From the human T2T-CHM13v2.0 reference genome, Homo sapiens: a stretch of 64,000 bases of DNA. Numbering within the stretch: the stretch's first letter is position 1; each line of letters begins with the position of its first letter. The stretch is taken from assembly GCF_009914755.1 (NCBI RefSeq), contig NC_060944.1. One strand, 5' to 3'. This document shows, in pieces, positions 28,760-41,862 of this stretch. The notes under the pieces are model-generated. The model saw only the letters and a program-made list of their open reading frames with translations. It was not told the origin of the DNA and did not search any database. Both the position numbers and the translations under genes were made by a program.

Positions 28760-29470
28760 CATTGTGCTTGTTCAAGGGCATATAGCAATGGGAGAAAATG
28801 ACAAATCTGCACCCCTGTGGAAATTACATTCAAATGGAAAGCGTGTAAACAAAAAGTAAACTATTGAATATACAGCATACCAGAAAAGTTGTATGGAGAA
28901 AAATTGAGTAGGGGCAGGGAGTGTTATTTTCAACGTGGAGATTAGGGAATGACACACTGAAGGTGGTGTAACTAAACATACCCCTGAAGGAGGAGAGGAA
29001 TTGAGCTGTGTGGCCACATGGGGAATGTGGTTCCAGGCAAAGCAAACTTTTGAAGTGCTAAGGCTCTGAGGCAGTGCTAGGGTAGCTGTTGTTGAGGCAG
29101 GAGGTTGGAGGACGGGGGTGGGGAAGAGTGGGTAGGAGATGAGGCCAGGGAAATAACAGCTGGGTTGGGAAAGGCCTTGGAGTCTTTATAAGGACTTTTA
29201 TTCTGAGGGATACTGGGAAGAAATGTTGGCAATTTTGAACAAAGGAGTGACGTGGTCTGCCTTAGTACAGCAGCTAAAATTGTATTTTGAAAACTCGAGA
29301 ACAGGTTGTAGGAGGACAAGGGTGGAAGCGAGGAGACCAGTAATGAGGCTACTGTAGTAATGCAGGCGAGAGATGATAGTGCCTTGGGCCAGATTGATAG
29401 CAGAGGAAAAGATGAGAAATAACTCATTTCCGGATATATTTTGAAGGTGGAGTAAAAGTGTTTTATCACA
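28760..29470 (-). mobile_element. L2 fragment
   Basis: GGAGACCAGTAATGAGGCTACTGTAGTAATGCAGGCGAGAGATGAT antisense L2 motif. Confidence 0.75.
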
Positions 29471-30692
29471 AATACCAAGTAATTGGGTCATATTTTTAAG
29501 CTTTATAAAATTAGCAGTAGAAATGTTTTTCCTTTTTTTTCCCGAACCCTCACTTCTGACTTTAAAAAGTTTAACAAAAAAAGAATTAATTTTTATGTAC
29601 TCTGATTGAGTCCTTTAGTCAGTGAAATTTACCACTAATAATTCATAAGTGAGACATTCTGACTGGGCTAGGCTGAAACCTAAGTTCTCCTTGAGTTTAT
29701 GAAAGCGTTGTCATGGTCGGGTGTGAATAGAGTTCCCATCTCAGTTGAATTGGCATGGTTTCTCCTTGAAGTTCCTATTAAAAGCCATTTAACTTAGATA
29801 CTAAGATGTCGAGGTATCCCTTCTTGTTTAAAGTCATTCAGTATAAGATCGTTGCCATTTAAACCCCCTCACAAAACAGAAGATTTCATGGTAACAGTGC
29901 ATGGTGACTGAATTCACTTTGCTTTCAGAAAGTCTAACCCAATCTTCTGCTTGCTGTCTGAGATTTTATTGTAGGCAATTGGTTCTCAGTGAGTGCTAGT
30001 TATAGTCCTTTATATCCTGTTTCAGGAGTTAACATGTCAGGGGAAAACATTTTCTAACTTCTAATTCATATCCTTTGATATAAATTATGAAGGACTGCAT
30101 TATTAAGTGTGTTCTAAGATTATCAGATACCTTTGTGTGAACCTGGACTATGGACTTAGCCCAGAATTAAAATAATTATGCAGTGGTTAGAACTGGAATG
30201 ATTCTTGACATATACATGTATGTGATTGTGTTTATACATGTAGAGGTGTTGGTGTGTTAGAATTGATGAGTTGCAGTGAATTTATTTCCTGTTTTAAACA
30301 TCTGGTTTTTTAAAATCATTTTTCTATCTTTAAGAGTTCTGATCCACTTTTAATTTCCAGCAGAATGTCTGGCATTTTAATTAACGTCTTCTTAAAAAGC
30401 AAGCTATCACAACTGATAAGATGGAGTTTTGATAATTTTCTGTCTGTAAAAATTGGCCATTGACTTTTGGTCCTATTTGATTTCAATTATGGCATGATCC
30501 CTCCCACTGCACGAAGAATGTAGTTTGTGGTCAAGTTTTGGGTATCCAGGTATTACAATATGTACCTTATTTGGTTTTAAATGTGTAAATCATTTAGTCA
30601 GTTGTTGATTTCTTTTTTTTTTAAGTAGGTCTGTCCTAATTAAAAGCAAAAAATCTTAAGCTTATATATATCTTTTCATCTTTTCTGGGCAG

Positions 30693-30826
30693 AGAGGCAG
30701 ATGAAGGCTGTAAAAAACCTTTAGAAAGATTGCTGAACATCTGGCAAGAACGAAGTGTGTATGGCGGCGAGTTCATACAGCAGCTGAAGCTGTCTATGGA
30801 GGACTCCAAGAGCCCTCCCCCCAAAG
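30693..30826 (+). CDS. RPRD1B: RPRD1B coding exon 3 (EADEGCKKPLERLLNIWQERSVY...SPPPK; end of CID)
   Basis: CAG acceptor at 30690-30692; donor AAG|GTAGAA; 134 nt; overlaps ORF 30730..30912. Confidence 0.96.
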
Positions 30827-31296
30827 GTAGAAACATCACCACATGTTTACAGCTCTTGGTCTTTGCCTACTTTCGAATCAAATATGAAAAGCTGCAGTGG
30901 GGTTTGCTGTGAACCACCAGCGATTTTATGATTCTTCAGAGAGACAGATGATCATGAATGATGGTGAGAATTTATGTAGTGCTCACAGCGTGTAAGCCTG
31001 GTTCTAGTATTCATGCTATTCATCCTCTCACACCCTGACTTTTGCTCTCTGTTCTCCTTGGCTTGCTTCTGTCTTTCAGAGACTTTCCTTGCACAAGGAA
31101 AGGAACAACAAAGTTGTTCAGAGTTGTGGTGAACTAGGAAGTAGCCTGGACTAAGATTTTGTCCTTGCTCTGCCATTAACTACAATAGGACCTTGGATAA
31201 GTTTCTTAGCTTTTTAAGAACTTGATTTAATTAAATGTAGATGTGCTTTTGAAACATATCCTTAGGATTGTCAGCATGGTGTCTGTCTAAAGTTGA

Positions 31297-31591
31297 TTGT
31301 TTGTTTGTTTTGGAGACAGAGTCTCACCCTGTCATCCAGGCTGGAGTGCAGTGGCGTGATCTCGGCTCACTGCAACCTCCGCCTCCTGGGTTCGAGCCAT
31401 TCTCCTGCCCCAGCCTCCTGAGTAGCTGAGATTCAGGCACCTGCCACAACACCCGGCTAATTTTTGTATTTTTAGAAGAGACGGGGTTTCACCATGTTTG
31501 CCAGGCTGGTCTCAAACTCCTGACCTCAAGTGATCTGCCCGCCTCGGCCTCCCAAAGTGCTGGATTACAGGTGTGAGTCACTGCGCCCAGC
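31297..31591 (-). mobile_element. Alu (AluS)
   Basis: Antisense dimer with (TTTG)n tail. Confidence 0.93.
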
Positions 31592-31685
31592 TTAAAACTG
31601 ATTTTGATCTTTACTGAACCCAGGATATCTTTAGGAAGTGCATCTGTGTGTGAATTTTGCAAAGCCCTTAATAAGAGCTTATATT

Positions 31686-32012
31686 ATTTTTTCTTTTTTC
31701 TTTCTTTTTTTCTTTTTTTTTTTTTTTTTTTTTGAGACAGAGTCTTGCTTTGTTACCTGGGCTGGAGTGCGGTGGTATGATCTCAGCTCACTGCAACCTC
31801 CGCCTCCCGGGTTCAAGCAGTTCTTTGCCTCAGCCTCCCGAGTAGCTGGAATTACAGGCACCTGCCACCATGCCCAGCTAATTTTTGTATTTTTGGTAGA
31901 GACAGGGTTTCACCATCTTGGCCAGGCTGGTCTTGAACTCCTGACCTCGTGATCCACCCGCCTCAGCCTCCCAAAGTGCTGATATTATAGGCGTGAGCCA
32001 CCTCACCTGGCC
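31686..32012 (-). mobile_element. Alu (AluS)
   Basis: Antisense dimer with long T tail. Confidence 0.93.
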
Positions 32013-34104
32013 TATTTTTTTCTTTAAAGAGTAAGATCAAATGTTGTTTAGTTACTTGGCTTCTGGTTAGTTGTGGTTTAATTCTAGTTGGCATGACATG
32101 TTTCTTAGCTACAGATCTGATCTGCCTGCATACATGTTTCCTGGAGGATCGAGTCCAAGTACTGATAGTATTGAAGACCCTTTCTATCTGAACTAGCCTG
32201 TTTTTCCAGATTCTTCTCCTGCCACTTCCTCACTTACACTGTATTCTTTGGCCAAACTGAATTGCCGACAGTTTACCCTCTGGATGCTCTGTTGGCACTG
32301 CTTCCTTTCCATCTGCTGTTACCTCTACTTGATGTCCTTCTACCGCTTTCACTGTGTGATGAACTCATTCTCCAAGAATGCAACTCTCATTCTGACATCT
32401 TCCCTGGCTTGTCTGGGCCCATGTGGTCATTCCCTCCTTGTTCTCTGGTACTTTATACATGCATCTGCTATAGAACCTAGTCATGATTAGCATGTGTGAC
32501 AGTATCCTTCACTGAGTAACCCTTTTGTGTACCCTTCATGATCCTTTCCAGGTCTGGAATTATTTGCATTTTGCAGTGGGTAACTTTCCTGTGAAACCAA
32601 AGGTTAGAGGCTTTCTGTGAATGACATAAGTGCTTTCAGACTGCAGGTCATTGTTGTTTTACTTGGTGTTGCTAGAAGATAATTTTAGGATCACTCAGGT
32701 GATTGGTAGCTTCTGAAAAGCAAGATGTTTCCTGCTTTGGATTCTGGTGTTTTTATTGTGTCCTTTGGAGGTCTTCAGTACAGCTTTGGGGAATTACTCA
32801 GCATTCTTTACTCTGCCTTAGAGTTCATTGGTAAACAGTGCTGGTTTTTAAGAACACCTTTGGGCAAGTAGGAGAGCCTTGAAAGAGGATGTTTGAAGCT
32901 AATGTTGAATTTCAATTTAATGTACATTTGCTGGACACATACTTTGAATAAACAGATATGCTAGATGCTATAGGAAAGAGGGAGAAAAGAGTGAGGAATA
33001 GGTTTGCACTCTGGGAATGTGTGGAATTTGTGGCAGTGATAGTATTGGGAATAGCTTCAGTGGGTTTCTGATTTTTTTTTGAAAGTCTAGACAGACATTA
33101 ACAATAATAGAGGCAGTTTCCTCTAGGTAGAGGATAATGCTAATCTAAAGATAATTTCTCTTTCTCTATTCTATAAAGATGAAAACACACATCAAAAGAT
33201 TTCAACATGTGTGTTAGTCCCAGCTGACTCACTCTGTCTTCACTCTCTGGACCTGAGTTATCAGAATATTTTACCACAGTCCTTTCAAATGTTGATGAGT
33301 TCTCGAGAAGTTTATTTCCAAATTTGAGTAGTCCTTTTATATTCCAGCTTTGATTCATGGGTAATTCTTTGTCTTCAGGCAACTTCATGGAGTTTACCTC
33401 TGAAATAAAAATTTTTCTATGGAACTTTGACAGTTCTTACAACATTAGAGAATGCATGAGCTTAGGAATTCTGTTTTAGAACTGGGTATTAAGTTTATAA
33501 ACCTGTCTCTCAAGGTGTTCTAAAGGTGTCTCTCAAAACATCACACTGTACCCTATAAATATATACAATTATTATTTGTCACTTAAAAACAAAATTTAAA
33601 AAGTAAGAAAAGGAGAAAAGTTCTCTACTCTTGAGAATACTCAAGGTGTTGCTTGACTGAATGGAACTTTTTTATTTGAGCCACATGTGACTCATGTAGT
33701 ATACGGTTGTAGAAGGATTTAGAGAGAGAGGGTAGATACAAAGGGACTAGCATTTATTGAGCATCCGTTATGTACCAGCCTCTGCTGGCTGCTTTTCATA
33801 TTAATTTGTTTTAGATCCTTACAACTACTCTGTGAATTTGGTATTATTTTCATACTTTAGATGAGGATACTGGCTCAAAAAGGTATAGTAATTTTGTTCA
33901 GAGAGAGATAATTGGTAAGTGGCGAATTCCCAGGTCTATACGACTTTAAAGCTGATATTCTTCACACTGTCGTATTTCCTGAAAGCACACGGTTTCAATA
34001 TTGGTAGGAATTTTGGTAGGAATTTGTGAGTAGGTTACCCAGCTTTCCTGGATCTTAATATAGTTTAGCTATTCAGGCTTCCACAGTATGAATCCTAGCT
34101 GTCA

Positions 34105-34395
<291 letters not shown>

Positions 34396-34993
34396 CCTAG
34401 CTGTCATTTCTAAAGCTCTGTGACCTTGGCCATGGCATTTGATCCTTCTGAAGCTCAGATCCTCACTGTACAATATGGCTATTAATGGTAATACCTTCTA
34501 GGATAGTGATGAGGATTACTTGAGATAATGCAGGTAAGATATTATCAGTGGGGCAATGATACGAGTTTTGTTTGCCCCTGCCAGTTCTAGTATCTAATGT
34601 GCTGAGTTTCTATATATGAACTGGTCGCAAAAGTAAGAAGAGGTTTTTAATATTTTCAGTCCCCCAGTTTTTGTGCGAGGCTGGAGAACATGGTAGCTAA
34701 GAGTATGAGTTCTAGGCACAACTTCCCTGGGTTTATGCCTGGATTTGGCTACTCAGTTCAGTGAGATGATAAGGGTAGACAGCTTGTAGAACTGTGCCTC
34801 AAATGTTAGACCTTTATCTGTTGTAGGTTCTTTTCTCTCCACAAGTAAAGTTTAATGTGCCGTATTAAAATGTCCTTTATTATGCAGGGATGGAGCAAAG
34901 AATGAGGGAGCTGTTGCAAACAATATTTCCTGATCCTTTTCTCATTATAAAAGTAATATAAAGTCTATAGGTGTGGTTTTTTTTGTTGTTGTT

Positions 34994-35091
34994 AACTAGT
35001 CAATTGAAGCAGTGGGAGTAGAGAAGGAACAAAAAAACCTGTAACTGATTGCGATCAATTAGTTGTAAACACTGCTGCACTCGGACCAAAC
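34994..35091 (-). pseudogene. Y3 RNA (RNY3) retropseudogene
   Basis: Reverse complement TGGTCCGAGTGCAGCAGTGTTTACAACTAATTGATCGCAATCAGTTACAG...TTCCTTCTCTACTCCCACTGCTTCAATTGACTAG matches hY3 with substitutions; A-rich tail at 34977-34993. Confidence 0.9.
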
Positions 35092-35097
35092 GCGGTG

Positions 35098-35131
<34 letters not shown>

Positions 35132-36042
35132 AGAAAATTTCAAGTGGATCCTCTAGAAGATCCAGCTTTACGGTAGATGGCTGCATATTATAATGTGATT
35201 TGGGAACCTGCAGGCCAGCTTTTTGCCTTAAGATTAGTTTCACAGTCTGCCATTGTGTCTGAAATTCTCCCACAATCAGGTTGTAAGAGGCATACCATAA
35301 ACCCTTAGGTAACGAGGATTACTTAAGGTTAGCTGAGTACAAGGCCTGCTGGAGACACAGGGACAAGTTGGAGGATAGAATAGAAGGTGCCCAGTATGAG
35401 GACAGAAGGACTTTGGCTACCCCCACAGTTTGTCCTGCCTGTAAACAGAGTGGTTGAGTGAGTGAAAAAGGGAGAGTAAATATATACCGTGGTAGAAGCT
35501 GAATTGATAGTGGAAGGCTTACCTTAAATTCAGATGTAGAAATGGAACTGACACATATTCTAGTTTTTAAAATAATTTTAATTTTTAAAAAAATGTATAG
35601 CTTTTGAAAAGGAAACCTGGAAATCCTAAGTTATTTTTAATGGCTGTCTGACTAGACTGACAATACCAGGCACTATAACTGCTGACTTCGTAGCAGTGAT
35701 AGTCATTTCTGGCCTAGCACTAGCATTTTCCAAGCTCTGTGACTCCTCCCTTCAAGCGGTTTCAAACTCCGACCTGTCACCCCTTTCCTAGGTACTGCAG
35801 GGATGTAGAGGAATAAGACACAAAGTGCTCCTGTCGGAGAAGAACGCTTGCCAGTGGCCAGAGTAGCAAGGCCAGGTGCTTTAAGAGAGGCCCGAGTGCC
35901 GTGGGAGTTGGAGGCCATTTGTCATCATTAGGCTTTGAACTTAGGAGGAATCTGTAAAATCATTAGAAGCCCCTTAAGGTTTATGAATAGGGACATGATG
36001 GAGTGAGCACTCCGCTTTAGGAAGATTAATTTAATAACAGAA

Positions 36043-36338
36043 TACAGTCTTCCATATTTACAGGTTCCACATCTGTGGATGCAACCAGCTACATATTGAA
36101 TATATTTTGGGTAAAAATAATACATATTTTAAAAATGAAATGGTGTGACAATTATTTACATATCATGTGTACATTGTATTAGGTACTATAATCTAGACAC
36201 AAAGTATACGGAAGGATGTGTGCGTAAGTTATATATAAATACCATGCCATTTTGTAAGGGATCTTGAGTATCCCTAGATTTTGATATCCGTAGCGGTCCT
36301 GGAACCAATCCCCCATGGATACTGAGGGACAACTGTAT
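36043..36338 (-). mobile_element. MER2-like Tigger derivative
   Basis: Ends GGAACCAATCCCCCATGGATACTGAGGGACAACTG-TA. Confidence 0.8.
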
Positions 36339-37346
36339 AGTCTAACTTGGGAAAGGAGCAACTAGAGGCGGGGAGACAGTGGTCTCAACCAGCTGTGACA
36401 AAGGGCAGATTGCTGATAAGAGGCTGTGTAGGTGAAGGAGCAAAGGGAGGGAGTATGTAAGGCATCAGTCTGAGGTATGGAATCTGCTAGAAACTGGGAC
36501 CTTGGGATAGATTCTAATGGTTTCCAAGGCCTTGTACCTGGAAGACAGGTCAGTGAAAGTGTTCGTAATGGAAATAGGTAGCTCAGGGAATGAGGAGCCC
36601 TGTGGGGGAAATGATTAGTAATTCATGTCCAGAAATCTTATGTTTGTAGCACCAGTAGGTCCTCCAAATGGAAATAGGAGGAAACTGGAAAAATAGGGTA
36701 ATGGTTAACACCTATTGTGCCCTCTGCCAGCAGGATGGCAAAGGACATAAGTTGTCCTAAAATGATTTCTTATTTTAAGTCTTGTAATGCTGTTCGTGAG
36801 CAACAGTGTGAAGTGGTAAAGATAACTCCAGATAATGAGGCTTTGATCTGTAGCACCCAGATTTACACTAACAAACTCTCTGACTTTGGGCAGACTGCAA
36901 CCTGTGGACTTAGATATTTTCATGAAAATTTGAGTTGGGGGAAACAAAGGCATGGGTCTGTCTAAGTCCTCCCAGTGCCAAAATTCAGGAATTCTAAGTG
37001 TCGAGGTAGTGTTTGATGTTTATATATAATAATTTCTGTGTGAGAGTTTGAAAACGGAAGGATTTCAAGTTTTGTAATTTTTTTCTACCTTCTTTAGCAT
37101 ATCTAATAGTTACTTACTGAGTGCTCTTCTAGGTGCTTGAAAGCAAACAGAACAGTATAAAAAATTTTGAAGTTTGTACTTACCTTCTAATGGCCACTCC
37201 TTCCACATGACCACTTTGATGCCACAGTGGCTAAGTGTCTGCATGGGTCATATAGCACACATTAATTAGGCAGCTACTATGTACAAAGTACTGTTAGGTG
37301 TTTCTTATGTAAATTTTATCCTAATAGATTTTTCATATTAAAAATA

Positions 37347-38384
37347 TAGCAATCTTTGCTTTGCATAGTAGTGCAGGACTATAACCATGATTGTGCAAGC
37401 TGAACCCATGCAAAGCAATCTTTATAATCAGTGGGGAAAATTATGATTGTTCTGTGACTTTTAAAATTTTTTTTGTCAAAGAATTAAAAACTCATTGTTG
37501 ATTCCAAATGTGTACGGAAACAAAAGAGATAATAAACTAATAGTTATTTAATATGCTGTAACAACAAATTAGAAACATTGAGAATTAAAGTGTGTTTTCT
37601 TTGTAACAAACTTATCAAGAGTAGTTTGAACAAGGGTTGCCTTCTTCTGGTATAATTTAGATACATATCAGAGCAAACATCTTTTCTGTGGCTTTGCAAG
37701 TTGTCATACTGTATTTTGTTTGGATCAGCTTCCAACATTTTATCTTTTATGCTTTCAGTATTGTAAAATACCTCTCAGTTTCTTTAGCATGCAGTTTTTT
37801 TTTTTTGTTAGCGTCTCTTCCTCTAGGACGTTGTCATTCTTTTCATCACTCCCACTTTCTTCATTGCTAAGTTGGCCTCTACACATTCCTCTGGCCATGG
37901 ATCTAGGCTCCCTCTGATGCTGGCAGTGGCAGCATCCTGCAGCGTGCTCTTTCTTCTGTAACTCCACTAATATGCCATTGGGATTTCAGTTCCGGCATTA
38001 GCTTTTGTTTCAGTTTCTTTGTTCCACATTTGTCTTTATGATCAATACCCTCTTCTGATCGTTCATTTTTATAAAATGTCGTGGGTGTTATCACTGGGCG
38101 ATAAGGAGACAGCACAGCGAAGCACTTTGCTGTCTTTGTGTGACCTGCATAACAGGTGTTCAGTGACCAATCACTGATTGACTTCAAGAATGATGTGATT
38201 GGTCCCTGATCATGATTTGGGGGCTGAAGTTAGCAGCAAAATTTGTACTTTATGCAACTACTCAAGAGTTAATATGCCATGGTAACTGAAGTTTGAACTT
38301 GTTTTATTGAGGGACTGGTGTCATTTAACGAAGCCATGGTAACAAATCTGTGTATAATAGTATGCGCAAAGTGAGGACGGCCTG
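37347..38384. mobile_element. Tigger-family element (Tigger6-like), ~1 kb
   Basis: Decayed inverted termini GCAATCTTTGCTTTGCA / TGCGCAAAGTGAGGACGGCCTG-TA. Confidence 0.62.
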
Positions 38385-38432
38385 TATTGCAGATGTTCCT
38401 GTCTCCTTTTTTTGTAATAGACAGAATCATTA

Positions 38433-38757
<325 letters not shown>

Positions 38758-39875
38758 CTCATGATATTGACCTGGCTTTCACTTCAAACGTGAGTTTGGT
38801 CAGTTAGTATATGATGTATATAATGTAGAGAACAGGAGCTACGTGACTTGTTTCCAGAAGAAAATGTGTAAGCAAAAAATGTGTATGTATCTGCAGCAGG
38901 TGCCTGGTGTCCCCTTTTTTCTAAATGAGAGGGTACCTGTGTGGTGCTAAGTAATTTGAGTGCAGTGGAAAGAGGACAGGTTTTGGAGTCATACCGTAAG
39001 TGTGTCATTTAACCTCCCTGGCCTTTGTTTTCTCACCTTTCAGCTGGAGATGCTGTATCTTAAAATTGTTGGAAAGATTAAAAGGAAACTATTGCAATGC
39101 CAGGCACAGGCTGTGTCCAATATTTCTTTACTTTCGAAACTAGAATTTATCATTTAGATTTATTTCCCACAATTGTTTGGCATTTATTTTGTATTGTCTA
39201 ATTTGATGCAAAAAGAATGATTTTGGAATTAACACATCTATCATAACAATGTAAAAACATACGGTGCAGATAGATCATAAATAATGTAACCTGTCAGCCT
39301 CAAAAGTGGTTAAATTTAAAATGGTAACTTAAGTAATTTTTCTCAGTAGTATCAATCACATGTCTCAGTAATGGTTATTTTAATTTTAAGGTAAAATTAG
39401 ATTTATTTTATTTTTAGGGGAATAGTGTAAAGAATATTTGTGTTTGACACAATTTTATTGATAAAATTTTCTCTCCTGTTTTCTGAAATGATCCCTGGAA
39501 AGCATAACGTATCTCATTTTATACACAATATCTTCTCTGTAAACCCTAGCACACGTTGGTTTGCTTCATTGTATTGTCCCATGAGTTTCTTACTCAAGTG
39601 TGATAGTTGGGTAAGTTTTCGCTTTAGATGCCTGTTTTCTGTAGTATTTTACCAGAGAATCAATCTGAGATGACGGACAAAGACCTGTTTGACTCTTTTC
39701 AGTAATGTAGGGAACTACAGTCAATTTAAAATAACTAGCATAAAGGTTACTATTAAGCCATTCTGAAAATGTGTGCCCCTTCTGCCCTGTTTTTACATGT
39801 GGCCCATTGTGCATAGCATGTGACTTATCACTACAGGATATGTGACTCAAATTTATCACTTTCTCTTTTGTCTAG

Positions 39876-39988
39876 CAACAGAAGAGAAGAAATCTCTGAA
39901 ACGAACTTTTCAGCAAATTCAGGAGGAGGAGGATGACGACTACCCTGGCAGCTACTCTCCTCAGGATCCTTCTGCAGGACCCCTCTTG
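39876..39988 (+). CDS. RPRD1B: RPRD1B coding exon 4 (ATEEKKSLKRTFQQIQEEEDDDYPGSYSPQDPSAGPLL; acidic linker)
   Basis: TAG acceptor; donor TTG|GTAGGT; 113 nt; in ORF 39842..40033. Confidence 0.96.
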
Positions 39989-40050
39989 GTAGGTCTTGAC
40001 CCCCAGAGAGTAGGGAACAGTGGCTTAAAGTGACCTCTAGTTGAAGACTA

Positions 40051-40070
40051 TGGCCACAAGGTGGCGCCAG
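40051..40070 (+). promoter_or_regulatory. Candidate CTCF site
   Basis: TGGCCACAAGGTGGCGCCAG versus CCASYAGRKGGCRC consensus (one mismatch). Confidence 0.6.
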
Positions 40071-41022
40071 TGACCACTGGTATGGAATCATCAGAGGGCA
40101 CCTCTCAGGGGCCCCGTGCATCATCCTGCCCAAAGGAGCTTGCCGGATGGCAGGTGTCAGTATGTCTTTGCGTGCCATAACTCTGGGATGGGCTTATGTT
40201 TTATAAAGTACTTGGACTTGGTTTTTTCAATCCTAGAAATTAAGAATATTCTTTAAAAATAGATTTTGGAGAAAGGGATAGATAATATTACAAAGATATT
40301 CAAAAGTCGTCTACCATGGCCTGTCTCCAGTAGCATGGTAGTTTTATAAAGTAACTCATTAATATCTAAAGACAGTCTATGTGTCAATAGCAAATTTGCT
40401 GCACTGTAGCCTATTAAATATTGAAACAAGGAGTTAGTCTTTACCCATGTGTTTGTGTTATTTGGCTATACAGGTTAGCTTACAAAATCTAAATGAAAGA
40501 AGTTGGGCACAAGGTGACAGTTTAAGTAACTTGACCAGTGTCTTAATTTAAATCCAGGTGTGTCTGACTTCAGAGCCCATGCTCTTTTCAAGGCGGGGGC
40601 GGGGGGGGCTTCATCTTATTTTGCCTAAAACAGCTTTATTACACATGGTCATGCTTAAAGCCTATGTAAATAGGAAACATGTCTAGTTTGTGTTATGTTA
40701 CGGTGTTGAGTTAGACTAGGGATTAAATGACAGCAGTGTTAGGTCATATATCTGGATTTAAACACTTTAAAGACTACAGCCTAGATTATTACCTTTCAGG
40801 GTAATCTAACTACCATCTACAGAGCTAGCTACTCCTTGGTGATTATGGAGTGGCCTGTTAGCATTGTTTTCTGACAATTTAAGAAACTCCTTTTTGATAT
40901 ATACAGAAAATGTATCCCTGGTTTACTTTTCTTGTTTTTTCCCCCTGGGTTTATAATAAGTTTGATACATTTAATTTTGGGAGTGACATCCATTTTGTCA
41001 AGAAAACCCAAGAAAGAATTGA

Positions 41023-41377
<355 letters not shown>

Positions 41378-41735
41378 TGATATTTATACCTTTATTCTAT
41401 ACTGGAAATGATACATCATTTGAAATTAAGCAACATGAACCAAACTCCATTGTTTTGAATTGCCAAAAACATGTTCTTTTAGAATTAAAAAATAATAATA
41501 ATTATTCAGAATTTCATTCATGTTCTGCCATGGACTTAGATAAACTAATTTTGTGGATTTTCTTAGAGTCCGTGACATTGACTTACATGTAAGCTCTGGG
41601 GCTAAGAACAGTTTTTTTTAAGAAATGGCAGGAATGACTGTTTTTAGAATTTGCCTCCACCTCATTTAACTCCAACTAATTTTCTTTAAACCCCATGTCT
41701 TAATGGGTAGTGTTGTTTGTGTTTTCATCTTACAG

Positions 41736-41862
41736 ACTGAGGAACTAATCAAAGCTTTGCAGGATCTGGAAAATGCCGCATCAGGGGATGCTACTGTCCG
41801 ACAGAAAATTGCTTCTCTGCCCCAGGAAGTGCAAGATGTTTCTCTATTGGAAAAAATAACAG
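41736..41862 (+). CDS. RPRD1B: RPRD1B coding exon 5 (TEELIKALQDLENAASGDATVRQKIASLP...EKIT)
   Basis: TACAG acceptor; donor CAG|GTGAGA; 127 nt; in ORF 41703..41885. Confidence 0.96.

Noticed and set aside
30827-30912. Read-through ORF tails after exons 3, 4, 5 and 6 in the ORF track
   Set aside because: Chance intronic extensions past canonical donors; no supporting signals
36720-36742. CCAGCAGGATGGCA as a CTCF site
   Set aside because: An extra base breaks the spacing of the core motif
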